Assembly (NCBI GenBank): GCA_965222575.1
Contig: OZ244958.1
Coordinates: forward strand, 1,120,001-1,184,000
Direction: 5' to 3'
From: Alphaproteobacteria bacterium
GTDB lineage: Bacteria; Pseudomonadota; Alphaproteobacteria; G965222575
Length of the DNA: 64,000 nucleotides
In this document: positions 8,745 through 19,710 of the stretch, piece by piece
Layout: every line of letters starts with the position of its first letter
Numbering within the stretch: position 1 is the stretch's first letter
The notes under the pieces: model-generated
Seen by the model: only the letters and a program-made list of their open reading frames with translations
Told to the model about the DNA's origin: nothing
The model's database searches: none
Position numbers and translations under genes: made by a program

Positions 8745-11700
8745 TACGTTTCTCTCTCTTTTCCTGATCCTTACCTTTACAGCTTATAATGACAGCTTCC
8801 TTGTGGTAGCCTAAAATATCTATACGATATTTAGAAAATTCCTCTAGCCCTTGTACACCTATACCTCTTATGCGACCCTCTTTAAGGGTTTTTTCATGCG
8901 GCAAAATGCTAATGTTTCCATTTCTTCTGTCGGTACCACGAAAATAGCCTTTTCTCTCTTTTTTCCCTTTAAGGGTAACAACATAATCGTTTGTATAGAG
9001 GGAAAACAGAAAGTGTTTATCATCTATTGCTGGCCAATCTTTCTCTCTCTTCACCAGATTTAATCACTTTATTCGGCAGAGAGGGGTTTTTACCAGCAGA
9101 ATGATGTGCGTATATCGGAACAAGATAATAGCCTCCTTTTTTAAATACCTTCTTACCCTTTTCATCCCGCACATCTTCTTCACAGAAAAACACATCCGTG
9201 CGAATCATCTCCCCCCGAGATACAATTCCTCCATTTATCTTTAATCCATCCTCCTTTTCCTCAGTGATAATGCGAATATGTTTGATTTCAGGGCCGTTAC
9301 TTCCATCTTTTCTTGGCATATATACTGGGGACGAAAAAGGATGCTTCTCTTTACCCTTTTCATTTTTCACAGGGGGGCTATCAAGCCGCTCTTTCAGCAC
9401 ATTATAAAGAGCGGCATTGCGTTCTTTATCTACCATCTTCTCCAGATCCCCTTTTTTGACCTTAGAGAGCACTATGCGTTGTACAATCCTTTCAGGATGT
9501 TCTTCTATCTCAATATGTGTCACACACTTATTATGAAGAAAAACAGGTTCTGAAAAAGCCTCTTTAGGGTTTTGATGATGGGCCTTCTTCAAACGCTCTT
9601 TTAGGAGTTGATACAACTCTTCATTGTCACCTTTCTTATCCACCAGCTTCTCTAGCTTGTCACTGGTGACCTTACAAAGCCGTAAGTGTTGTGTACGACG
9701 AGGACGAAGACTGCGCACAGTCTCTTCATGAGCAGCTCCTGTTATTTTGCAACGTCTTGCACGGCTTACAAAAACCTTCTCTACTGCCTCTATAGCATCC
9801 TCCCTAAAAGAATCCCATGCTTTTGGAATAAATTTACCCTGTTCCTTATATTTGTCATATTTATTCCAGTTGGTAAATTTCTGTACCATCTCTTGAGTAG
9901 AGGAGGCTACAATAATAGCATCCATGGCATGGTGAAGATTGTTATCACGATGTTTCTTCCCTAACCCCCACCGCCCTCGTAATTCTGCTGTTAACGCCCC
10001 ATTGCGGACTTGGACACGATTTTCATTTTCAGGGCCAAGTTTGAGATGGCTTTCAATGAAAGATTTTATTTCACGGGCAATGTACCTTGTATCGTTGAGA
10101 TTACGGGATTTAAACTCGTTTTCTTCCTCCTCTGTTAACTCCTCCATCAAAAGATGTCTTTTCTTTTTTTGTTGCCACTTAGGTAAATGATTAGCCATAT
10201 CCTCAAGGTCTGCAACATCTCGATCTATCCTTTGAAAATACGCATAGGGAATATCATTCCCTGCGTCTTGGTTTTCTGTCTTGAAAACAAGAACCTTATT
10301 CTGATAGGAATTATCAAATGTGCGACTTTTCGGTAAAATATGGTGAACTTCTGTTATGGCTCCATCACATACCTTTTGCGGCTCAATATATTTAAAAGAA
10401 AGGGCACATCTCTGTTCTTGATCTTTCCATAGACGATATCTCAAAATGTCTTCTCCTTTTGGCTCTCTACCTTCCAATTCCCGTATGTGGTTTTTAGCTG
10501 TTTCTCTCTCTTCTTCGTTCTTTTTTTGCTCCTTTTCAATATCAGAACGTGCTTTAGCAGATTTTCCTACCTCTCTAGAGAGTTCTATAAAGATAGACTC
10601 TGGCTTACCGTGTTTGCGAATACAAGCATTAACGACTTTGATAAGTTGAGCAATAGAGCGCCCCACAACCGGGTTAGGGATAAAGCCTTCATATGGCGGC
10701 AAGAGGTCTTCACTTCCTTTTGCTTTCTTAGAGTGGTGAAATCCCGCCTTTTCACAGGCCTCGTTATACAAATCCCCTTCTTCCATAAAGGGCAAAATCT
10801 TGCGAATGCACTTCAATGAAAGATGTAAAGTCCCACTAAAGGAAGTGATATGGCTTAGTTCTTCGGCTTCTTCATGAAAACCAATGTTTTTCAGCTTTTT
10901 GAGGATTTTTTTATCATCATGCTCAAAAGAAAGAATAGCAGCGGCGTGATCTAACCGGCCTCGTTTTGCGCTGTAGTACAGACTTTCGAAATCGGCTTCT
11001 GTCATCCCTGCTTTCAGTAAGGCCTCTTTCAAAATATGTCTATTTTTCAAGGTGACAAATATCTTTGTTGGTTTATCATTTTTTCTGTAAAAGTTTATAT
11101 GATGAACCTCACAGTCTAGGATTTTTGCCGCAGCAGTGAAAGTTACCCCGGTTTTGTCTTTCAGACATTTCTCATAAAGTTGTTTTTTCTTATCTGAAGA
11201 GATTGGCTTGTTCTTGACTTTAAGGTTGTTGAGTTTCCCCCAAAGAGCAAACAACTCTGCTGTAGGAGAGCATTTAGGTGCTCGTCTTTCCTTTGGAAAA
11301 AAGGTACATTGTCCTACTAACCCAGAGGAAGATTTTAAGGGGCGTTGGGTAAAGGCAAGGTCTTGAAACTTCTCTTGTAATTTCTCTGTGGCTTTTGTAT
11401 TGCCAAAGATACGTTGTTTCTCAAAAATGAGTTCTACCTCGTCTCCTAAATCATCGCGCTTGACTGTCCGTTCATAATGTCCTTCTCTATTCCGTTTCTT
11501 ATCACAAGTTGCTAGGTAGGCTCCGATAGTTTCTGCTTCTGCGGCTTCCTTTTCTCCTTGAAGTGTCTTAATACCACCTAAGGCCTTTGTGTTTTCCTTA
11601 TCTCCTGCTTCTTGCTTTTTGCTATTAGACTGATAGCCCCGTCGTTTTGCTATATGGAATAAAGCAGTAGCGAGTTCTTTATGGTCTAATAGCCTTTCTA

Positions 11701-11986
11701 GGGCCTCTTTTCGCAAGTTCCATGGGTTGCTTACACCAATTGCAGAAACTTCCAGCCCACGTTGCAAGAAGAGCTTTTTTATGGCGTTTTTACGACTAGC
11801 ACGGCGGTGAATAGTACGCCTTTGACTCCGAAATCCTCGTCTTTCTGCCGCTAAAGAGCCTTTATTTTTTGGTTTCTCTGCTGCATCAAAAACACGTACT
11901 CCAGCAAATGTTATCGTTTTCTCGGCTTTCTCTATCCCTGCAAATCCTACAGAAGCAATGCCTATATCTAACCCTAGCTTATACAT
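8713..11986 (-). CDS. cas9: Type II-C Cas9, frameshifted near 9045 (988-aa ORF plus the PAM-interacting domain in 8713-9054)
   Basis: RuvC-I GLDIGIASVG, Arg-rich bridge helix, HIAKRRG, RuvC-II IELSRE, HNH, RuvC-III HHAMDA; the downstream frame has DWPAIDD..FLFSLYTND..IDILG; no cas4 or csn2 in the locus. Confidence 0.95.
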
Positions 11987-12045
11987 CAGTCCTCTCCCTA
12001 ATCTTACAAGTTGACAATTGCTAGAGATTTATTCTACTCTAAAAT

Positions 12046-12163
12046 GAACAATATTGGAACTGTTGTTATAATAAGAGTGGTGGTTCTATAACCATCACAC
12101 GCGGGGTAACTGTTTACAGTATCCCCTTCCCCTTCACGGTGCGCCGTGAGGGGGCTTTTTCTT
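12046..12163 (+). ncRNA. tracrRNA
   Basis: AACAATATTGGAA-ctgtt-GTTATAAT is complementary to the repeat 5' part with a bulge; TTGACA at 12011; downstream hairpins and a GC stem plus T-tract at ~12130-12163. Confidence 0.88.
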
Positions 12164-12312
12164 TACAGAAGATACCAGAGGTCATAGCAAAGGAGCAAAA
12201 TACTTCTCCCATGTTTTGATTCCCTCGCACAAGGGGGCTAGTAGACCAAAGCCTCCATAAGACTTTCTTAAACTCACCCATTTATCATAGGGAGTTCCAC
12301 AATTAAAATTAG

Positions 12313-13600
12313 GTGATAGATATGCCTCTTAGCGCTGGAATGCAATTTTTGCAAGGAACACAAGGAGCAATGCCAGCGGGAGCCCTTAGAATAGAAGGTG
12401 GAACCCTCTCATACGCAATAAAGGGAAGTTTCCTCGATAAAACCGTGAAAAGCTATACAGGTGAGCTTCTGAATAAGAAAAACCAAGGGGTTTTTGAGCA
12501 TGTAGGAAAGATGCTAGCAGACAGAAAGTATGTCGCCAAAGATATTGCCAATGATTTTAGTAAATGCATCAAAAATCGTTCTGTAACAGTTGAAGACCTG
12601 AGAAATTTCATTGAGCAAAATAAAGATAAGTTTGATAAACCCTCCCCTCCTAAGACTAACTAAGCCTAAGCCTCGCTCTAGGCAACCCCAGCTTTCAGCA
12701 AGTGAAAGCCTCCCTTCTCGCGTGCGCCCGGACACTATAGCGTTAGAGATTAAGCAAATGTCGGAGATGAAAAAGGAAAGGGCAGAGCACTCTCTTGTGT
12801 CTTTAACAACTAATACCTTCTTAGATGATACTACGGTATTGAACGGTCTAGGCGATACAATAGGAATGATGGGTAAAGGGGCTGAACATATCCCATCCGG
12901 CGCATGGAGCAAGTTGAATGATATGCTTATTAGTAAGCTTGGAAAGACATTAGAAAATGAAACCCGCTCTAAAGAGGGGTTAGAAGAGACTTTTAGAGGA
13001 CATCTTAAGGATGTAGGAATGAAAGATACTGGAGAGCGGGGGATAACGTTGGGTGATGTGCGGTCTTTCTTAAAAACCTTAGATGATAAGCAAGTTCTCT
13101 CAGCAAGTGAAAGCCTCTCCTCTCCCTCGCCTAAGCCTTCTCGCTCAAGGCAACCCGATCTTTCAGCAAGTGAAAGCCTCCCTTCTCGCGTGCGCCCGGA
13201 CACTATAGCGTTAGAGATTAAGCAAATGTCGGAGATGAAAAAGGAAAGGGCAGAGCACTCTCTTGTGTCTTTAACAACTAATACCTTCTTAGATGATACT
13301 ACGGTATTGAACGGTCTAGGCGATACAATAGGAATGATGGGTAAAGGGGCTGAACATATCCCATCCGGCGCATGGAGCAAGTTGAATGATGTGCTTATTA
13401 GCAAGCTTGGAAAGACATTAGAAAATGAAACCTGCTCTAACGAGCGGTTCGAAGAGGATTTTAGAGGACATCTTAAGGATGTAGGGATGAAAGATACTGG
13501 AGAGCGGGGGGTAATGTTGGGTGATGTGCGGTCTTTCTTATCAACCTTAGATGACAAGCAAGTTCTCTCACCAGAATTGTCTGCTAAGTTAAAGTCCTAA
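12313..13600 (+). pseudogene. Hypothetical repeat-built protein, frameshifted near 12660 (ORFs 12313-12663 and 12611-13600)
   Basis: The homologous stretch in gene 19711 reads through in frame (DKFDKTSPPKTKPTPKPRSRQP); here GACTAACTAAGCC shows a 4-bp duplication. Confidence 0.6.
12665..13570 (+). repeat. Near-identical direct repeat, period 468 bp (156 aa), two copies
   Basis: CAGCAAGTGAAAGCCTCCCTTCTCG at 12696 and 13164; similarity continues to CAAGTTCTCTCA. Confidence 0.95.
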
Positions 13601-13681
13601 GGGCAGGGAGACTAAGCAGAGGGGGTTTCTAACCCACCACAAGATAGCTAATGGAATAGGGCTCTGATATAGGGTGGTGTA

Positions 13682-13835
13682 ATGGAACGCTTAAAGCAGT
13701 GGTGTGCGGATATATAGCTTGCAGAAAGAGGGTAAGTATGATTATCTATTTGTAGATGAGAAAAGTTTCAAGAAACATAAGATGACTGCCTTTGCAGCCC
13801 TCCTCACCAGCTTGCAGAAGCATAAGGAGGAATAA
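13682..13835 (+). pseudogene. C-terminal remnant resembling a type III-like restriction (Res) subunit
   Basis: Across one frameshift it reads MERLKQWCADI/SLQKEGKYDYLFVDEKSFKKHK...; recalled similarity to Res C-termini; ends 3 bp before the DUF4011 gene. Confidence 0.5.
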
Positions 13836-13838
13836 CCC

Positions 13839-16800
13839 ATGACGATAGATAGCTTAACACGACAGATCAGCAAGCAACAACAGAGTAGCGATTTCGAGCT
13901 AAAAATAGAGATTGCACCGAACATAAATTTCGCATGCCATCAAAATAGCATTCCCTTTATAGAGAATATCTCCATCTTGAACAGTTCTTCCTCCATGTTT
14001 GAAAATCTCGAACTAAAAATGGAAGCATCTCCTAACTTTATAAAGCCAAGAACATGGCACTTAGAGAAATTATTAAGTGGTCAGGAAATTGAAATCCCTA
14101 AAGAAAAATTAGATCTAGAACTGGAAGGTGATTTTCTGTTTAATCTAAAAGAGTCCATAAAGGGCAATATCAGCTTTCTTTTGTATCAGGAAGATAATAC
14201 ACATGTTGCCGCAAAAAGTCTTAAAACGACAGCCCTTGCAAGAAATGAATGGGGAGGATATGGTTTTTATCCTGAAATCCTTGCAGCATTTTCCATGCCT
14301 AATGATGAAGCAGTGGATAAGCTGCTTCATCAAGCAACTAAGATTTTGCAAGATTCTGGAAAAACAAAGACAATAAAGGGATATGAAGACGCTAATCGTA
14401 AAGATGTTTGGCTTTATGCCTCCGCTATTTGGTCTGCACTCCAAACTTGGGAATCATCATATTCTTATCCTCCCAAAAGTTTTGAGTGTACAGGGCAAAA
14501 AATTCGAAGTCCGTCTACTATCTTTGAAACCCAAAGAGCAACATGTCTTGACACTTCCATGCTGTTTTGTGCTGCTCTTGAGCAAGCCAATTTAAATCCT
14601 ATAGTTATCCTTAAAAAGGACCATGCTTTTGTTGGATTATGGATGATAGATGAAAGCTTCTCGGACGTTGTGAATAAGGATGTTGTAGACCTTAGAAAAC
14701 GGATTGATTTAAATGATATTCTTGTGTTTGAAACAACCTTTATTACCAATCGCCCCCCACTCCCTTTCAAAAAAGCTATAGAAGAAGGCAAACAACATAC
14801 AGAAGAGGAGGGGGAATTTGTTGTTGCAATTGATATCAAACAAGCTCGGAACAAGCGTGTTACTCCTTTAGATTTTGCAAAGAGTGATCTAAGAACTAGG
14901 GAGGAGCCCAGAAAACAGGAGGAAAATATCTCTTTAGATGATGCTCCTGATGATTTAGAAGATATCTCTAAAATAGAAATCCCAGAAGCTTCAAAGTCCC
15001 CTAAAGATCGCCTAGAAAAGTGGCAACAAAAGTTGTTAGATCTCACTTTAAGGAATCCTCTTATAAATTTTAGATCTACAACGAGAAACATTACATCCAT
15101 TGTTTGTCCTTCACCTGCAAAGCTAGAAGATATAATAGCAAGCGGAAAAACGATAAATATACAACCACTGCCGGTTGATATAATAGAACAAAGACAAGAT
15201 ATACATAAGGCAAAAACAGGAGCCTTCTTGGAGAAGGAAGTTGCTCTTAAAGGCCTAGATAAAAACCAGCCTGTAATGTATGTACGAGAAGATAAAGACA
15301 CTCTTCAAAAGAGGCTTATCGGACTCTTTAGAGCAGCAAATCATGATCTAAAAGAAGGGGGGGTCAATACATTATTTCTTGCTTTAGGTTTTCTTGTTTG
15401 GAAACGGGAGAAAGATAAAAAGAAATGCAGAGCTCCATTAATTTTGTTACCAGTAGAACTGAAGCGAGCATCCGTTGTATCTAGACCGCAGATGGTGTCG
15501 AATGGAGAGAATACCAGTTTTAATAAAACACTTCTTGAAATGTTAAAGCGGGACTTTTCTGTTCCTATTCCCGGTTTGGATAAAGAATTACCCGCTGATG
15601 ACAGTGGGGTAGACCTGGGGAAAATATGGAATATTGTTCGCTTAGGGGTCAAAGATATTGAAGGATTTGAAGTTAAAGAGGATATTGCGCTCGGACGGTT
15701 CTTTTTTTCAAAGTATCTCATGTGGAAAGAGTTAGTAGATCGTACCGATGATCTGAAAAAGAATCCTGTAGTTCGTCTTCTTCTTGAGGGGAAAAGCGAT
15801 GTTTATAAGCAGAATCTTGCTTTTCCTAAAGAAAAAAGTTTGGATGAAAGCTATTCTCCTAAAAATATTTTCACACCGTTATCTGCAGATTCGTCACAGC
15901 TATCCTGTATCATAGCAGCCCAAGAGGGCAAGGATTTCATTATCATTGGTCCTCCTGGAACAGGAAAATCTCAGACCATTTGTAATATAATTACGCATCT
16001 TATAGGACATGGGAAAACAATCTTGTTTCTTGCAGAAAAAGTTGCTGCCCTCAATATGGTATATAAGAGACTTAAAGACAACAAACTTGGGCATTTTTGC
16101 TTAGAGATCCATTCCAATAAAGCTAATAAAAAGCATGTTCTAAATCAGCTTGAATCTGCGAGCCTTAGAGAGGAAGATTGTACATTAAGAAATGGCTGGC
16201 AGATAAAAACCTCTAGTTTACAAGAATATCGAGATAAATTAGGGCAACATCTGAAGAGTCTCCACACGAAACATAAGAACGGCATGACCATTTATGAAGC
16301 TATGGGAAAAGCACTTCAAAAAAATTCTCATATTGATCTTTCATTTTCAAGTGTTGATCAACACACGGAAGAGGATATACAAGAATTGCGGCAGATTGTA
16401 GGTGAGCTAAAAACTCTTGCTGAAAATAATAAAGAATACTATGAAAAAGGATCTTATCACCCCTTTGATTTCATTAAAAAAGAGGAGTGGTCAGAGAAAT
16501 GGAAGCAAGAAATATGTGATTTAGCGGATGATCTTAAATCACATGCAGAAAAATTTCATAAAGATATAAAAGAGGTTTTAGGACATTTTGATTGGGGGGA
16601 TAAGTTGCTCAGCTTTCAGCAATCGAATGAGCTGGTTAATCTGGCTAACATATTATTGAATCTTGAAAGAACAGAACCTGACTTTGTGCTTGGGCCTTGT
16701 GGATATCAAGATTATGAGAATCTAGAAAAAGGGCGTGATTTGCTAGAGCAGTATTGTTCAAAAACAAGGGATTTATCTGTGTTATATAAACCTCATGCAT

Positions 16801-19646
16801 GGCAATCTATTCAGGTTGAAGAATGGTGGCAAAAATGGAAAGCAGCACAGGATTTTTGGTGGTTAAAAACTTGGTTTTGGCGCCACAAAACCAAGAAAGT
16901 TCTCAAATCTTTAACCACACCTTCCGCTAAGAGGAAAAAGTTGAATCCTGAACAGGATCTGAAGATTTTTAGAGATTTGGAAAAATATGGTAAGAAAATT
17001 AGGGAAATAGGAGAAAATCTTAGCCACCTGCCTATCTGGGCTGGATTTGAAACAGATATGGAACACTTAGGAAATACCTTGGTTATTGCAAACAAGCTTC
17101 AAATAGTAGTCAATAATCTTTATGGAGATAGAGTGATACTCCAGAAATTCAAACAGCGGTTGCAAGAATTTGTGAAAAAACATAAAGAATTTCTAAGAGA
17201 AGATGTATCTTTTGGCCGAGCCTTAAAATGTGTTATTGAATCGCAAAAACACTATAAAGAAAATTTCGAGAGCCTGTCTAGACTCACAGATAACAGTAAG
17301 CTTTTTTCTTCTAATGAAGATACTCTTGGAACAGTGATTGATGGTTGCGAAGCCATTTTAGGTTCAAGCGGAGAATTGAGAAAATGGTGTCTTTGGCAAA
17401 CGGCATACAAGAAAGCAAAGAACAAGGAACTTAAGCCTCTATTAGATGTATTAGAAAAAGGCAATGTGCAACCTAAGGATCTAGAGAAAGCTTTTGAAGT
17501 TGGATATAGTAATTGGTGGGTTCGCAAGAAAATTGACCAAGATGATGTTCTCAAAACTTTTGATTCTGATTTACATGAAGAGAAAATTAGACAATTCAGA
17601 AAGCTTGATGAAGATGTTAGAGAGCTAACACCTGAGCATCTAAAGCAACAGAGCAAAATTCCTGAAGAAGGAGATGGTAATCTTAAAAAAGAAAAAGCGA
17701 TTTTGAACCGCCTTTTTCAACAAAGGCGTCCTCGTATGGCTGTAAGACGCTTGATGGACGAGTGTCCTAATGAGCTGAGACGTCTTACCCCATGTTTTTT
17801 AATGAGTCCTCTTTCTGTTGTGCAGTATTTGCCAGCAGATATGGAGACATTTGATGTTGTGATTTTTGATGAAGCATCACAAATTACTCCTTGGGATGCT
17901 ATTGGCTCTATATCACGTGGAAGACAGACAATTGTAGTAGGAGATAATAAACAAATGCCTCCAACTAACCTTTTTAATCGTGCCGATGCTGAATCAGAGG
18001 ATGAATCAGAGGATGATGAGGGAGACTTAGAAAGTATTCTAGAAGAAATGATAGCGGCAGGAGTACCTAAGAAAACACTATCTTGCCACTATCGTTCTAA
18101 ACATGAATCTCTCATTATTTTTTCAAACAAAAAATACTATGAGGGGGAGTTGATAACCTTTCCATCACCAGAGATTAAGGGTGATGCTGTAAAACTTGTT
18201 TTTGTTGAAAACGCCATTTATGAAAACCAAAAGAACCGTAAAGAAGCAAATACTATTGTTGCAGAAGTTATGCGCCGCCTTGAAGACCCAGAGCAAACAA
18301 AAAGCATCGGTATCGTTACGTTTAATAAAAAACAGCAAGACCTCATCGAAGAACTACTTGAGCATGAGATCGAGAAGAAGAGGCACTCTTTTCCTAACAT
18401 AATGCAGTACTTTAGTAATGAGAAAGTTGAGCCTGTTTTTGTCAAAAACTTAGAGTCTGTTCAAGGAGATGAGCGTGATGTCATTTTGCTCTCTGTCACC
18501 CGTGCTCCTGATAATAGGACAGGAAAAGTCCATATGCAATTTGGTCCTTTGAACCAAGATGGAGGACATAAACGGCTTAATGTGGCGATAACCCGTGCGC
18601 GGGAGGAGATGTTGGTATTTTCTTCTATTAAGTCAGGTGATATAGATCTATCTCGTATACAAGCACAAGCAAGAGGAGTGAAGGATCTGAAATATTTTCT
18701 GGAATATGCTGAATGTGGTCGAGAAGTGCTAGGATTACGCCCTCCAGAGTCTGTAGGGGATTATGAGAATGACTTTGAAAAAGCTGTATCTAGAGGCTTA
18801 GAAAATCGTGGTTGGACAGTACATCCCCAGATTGGTGTCTCCCGATATCGTATAGATATAGGGATTATTAATCCGAATAATAATAATGACTATTTAGTTG
18901 GAATCGAGTGTGATGGGGCATCATACCATAGTTCAGCAACTGCCCGTGATAGGGATAAGATACGGGAAGAGGTACTACGAAGGTTAGGGTGGGATTTACT
19001 GCGGGTTTGGTCGACGGATTTTTTTCATAATCCTGAAGGAGAATTAGATAAGTTGCATACAAAAATCGAAGAAATACGGCTCCATAGGGCAACCGGAAAT
19101 GGACACAAGGAGGTGGTAGAAGTTCCTGTGGAGAAGGGGGCAGATGTGAAGGCAAAGAACAATTACGGCGCAACACGGCTCCATGAGGCAGCCTATAAGG
19201 GACACAACAAGGAGGTGGTGGAAGTTCTTGTGGAGAAGGGGGCAGATGTGAATGCAAAGACCAATTACGTCTGGACACCGCTCCATAGGGCAGCCAATAA
19301 TGGACACAAGGAGGAAGTGGCATTCCTTGTGGAGAAGGGGGCAGATGTGAATGCACAGGACGAGGTCGGCGAGACACCGCTCCATAGGGCAGCCTCATGG
19401 GGACACAAGGAGGAAGTGGCATTCCTTGTGGAGAAGGGGGCAGATGTGAATGCAAAGAACAATTACGGCTGGACACCCCTCCATCTGGCAAGCTCGAATG
19501 GATACAAAGAGATGGTGGCATTCCTAGTGGAGAAGGGGGCAAATGTGAAGGCAAAGACCAAGGACGGCGATACACCGCTCCATTGGGCAACCGCTAAGGG
19601 GTACAAGGAGGTAGTGGCGTATCTCATAAGCAAGGGGGCGCTATAA
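13839..19646 (+). CDS. DUF4011-SF1 helicase-Vsr-like nuclease (Hhe-type defence protein) with C-terminal ankyrin repeats
   Basis: WQQKLLDLTLRNPLINF (DUF4011), GPPGTGKS, DEASQ, VQGDERD, RLNVAITRAR, RIDIGI..IECDGASYH..RDRD..LGW; about 6 TPLH-type repeats after ~19078. Confidence 0.88.
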   Translation: MTIDSLTRQISKQQQSSDFELKIEIAPNINFACHQNSIPFIENISILNSSSSMFENLELKMEASPNFIKPRTWHLEKLLSGQEIEIPKEKLDLELEGDFLFNLKESIKGNISFLLYQEDNTHVAAKSLKTTALARNEWGGYGFYPEILAAFSMPNDEAVDKLLHQATKILQDSGKTKTIKGYEDANRKDVWLYASAIWSALQTWESSYSYPPKSFECTGQKIRSPSTIFETQRATCLDTSMLFCAALEQANLNPIVILKKDHAFVGLWMIDESFSDVVNKDVVDLRKRIDLNDILVFETTFITNRPPLPFKKAIEEGKQHTEEEGEFVVAIDIKQARNKRVTPLDFAKSDLRTREEPRKQEENISLDDAPDDLEDISKIEIPEASKSPKDRLEKWQQKLLDLTLRNPLINFRSTTRNITSIVCPSPAKLEDIIASGKTINIQPLPVDIIEQRQDIHKAKTGAFLEKEVALKGLDKNQPVMYVREDKDTLQKRLIGLFRAANHDLKEGGVNTLFLALGFLVWKREKDKKKCRAPLILLPVELKRASVVSRPQMVSNGENTSFNKTLLEMLKRDFSVPIPGLDKELPADDSGVDLGKIWNIVRLGVKDIEGFEVKEDIALGRFFFSKYLMWKELVDRTDDLKKNPVVRLLLEGKSDVYKQNLAFPKEKSLDESYSPKNIFTPLSADSSQLSCIIAAQEGKDFIIIGPPGTGKSQTICNIITHLIGHGKTILFLAEKVAALNMVYKRLKDNKLGHFCLEIHSNKANKKHVLNQLESASLREEDCTLRNGWQIKTSSLQEYRDKLGQHLKSLHTKHKNGMTIYEAMGKALQKNSHIDLSFSSVDQHTEEDIQELRQIVGELKTLAENNKEYYEKGSYHPFDFIKKEEWSEKWKQEICDLADDLKSHAEKFHKDIKEVLGHFDWGDKLLSFQQSNELVNLANILLNLERTEPDFVLGPCGYQDYENLEKGRDLLEQYCSKTRDLSVLYKPHAWQSIQVEEWWQKWKAAQDFWWLKTWFWRHKTKKVLKSLTTPSAKRKKLNPEQDLKIFRDLEKYGKKIREIGENLSHLPIWAGFETDMEHLGNTLVIANKLQIVVNNLYGDRVILQKFKQRLQEFVKKHKEFLREDVSFGRALKCVIESQKHYKENFESLSRLTDNSKLFSSNEDTLGTVIDGCEAILGSSGELRKWCLWQTAYKKAKNKELKPLLDVLEKGNVQPKDLEKAFEVGYSNWWVRKKIDQDDVLKTFDSDLHEEKIRQFRKLDEDVRELTPEHLKQQSKIPEEGDGNLKKEKAILNRLFQQRRPRMAVRRLMDECPNELRRLTPCFLMSPLSVVQYLPADMETFDVVIFDEASQITPWDAIGSISRGRQTIVVGDNKQMPPTNLFNRADAESEDESEDDEGDLESILEEMIAAGVPKKTLSCHYRSKHESLIIFSNKKYYEGELITFPSPEIKGDAVKLVFVENAIYENQKNRKEANTIVAEVMRRLEDPEQTKSIGIVTFNKKQQDLIEELLEHEIEKKRHSFPNIMQYFSNEKVEPVFVKNLESVQGDERDVILLSVTRAPDNRTGKVHMQFGPLNQDGGHKRLNVAITRAREEMLVFSSIKSGDIDLSRIQAQARGVKDLKYFLEYAECGREVLGLRPPESVGDYENDFEKAVSRGLENRGWTVHPQIGVSRYRIDIGIINPNNNNDYLVGIECDGASYHSSATARDRDKIREEVLRRLGWDLLRVWSTDFFHNPEGELDKLHTKIEEIRLHRATGNGHKEVVEVPVEKGADVKAKNNYGATRLHEAAYKGHNKEVVEVLVEKGADVNAKTNYVWTPLHRAANNGHKEEVAFLVEKGADVNAQDEVGETPLHRAASWGHKEEVAFLVEKGADVNAKNNYGWTPLHLASSNGYKEMVAFLVEKGANVKAKTKDGDTPLHWATAKGYKEVVAYLISKGAL

Positions 19647-19710
19647 ATCTAGCCTTTGTGTCTTAAGGCTTGACTTGACAGGAGACCCAAGAGAGTGATA
19701 CCCTGAGGGT

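Noticed and set aside
12514-13557. 347-aa minus-strand ORF
   Set aside because: Antisense to the + strand frame, whose linker is independently used in frame in gene 19711
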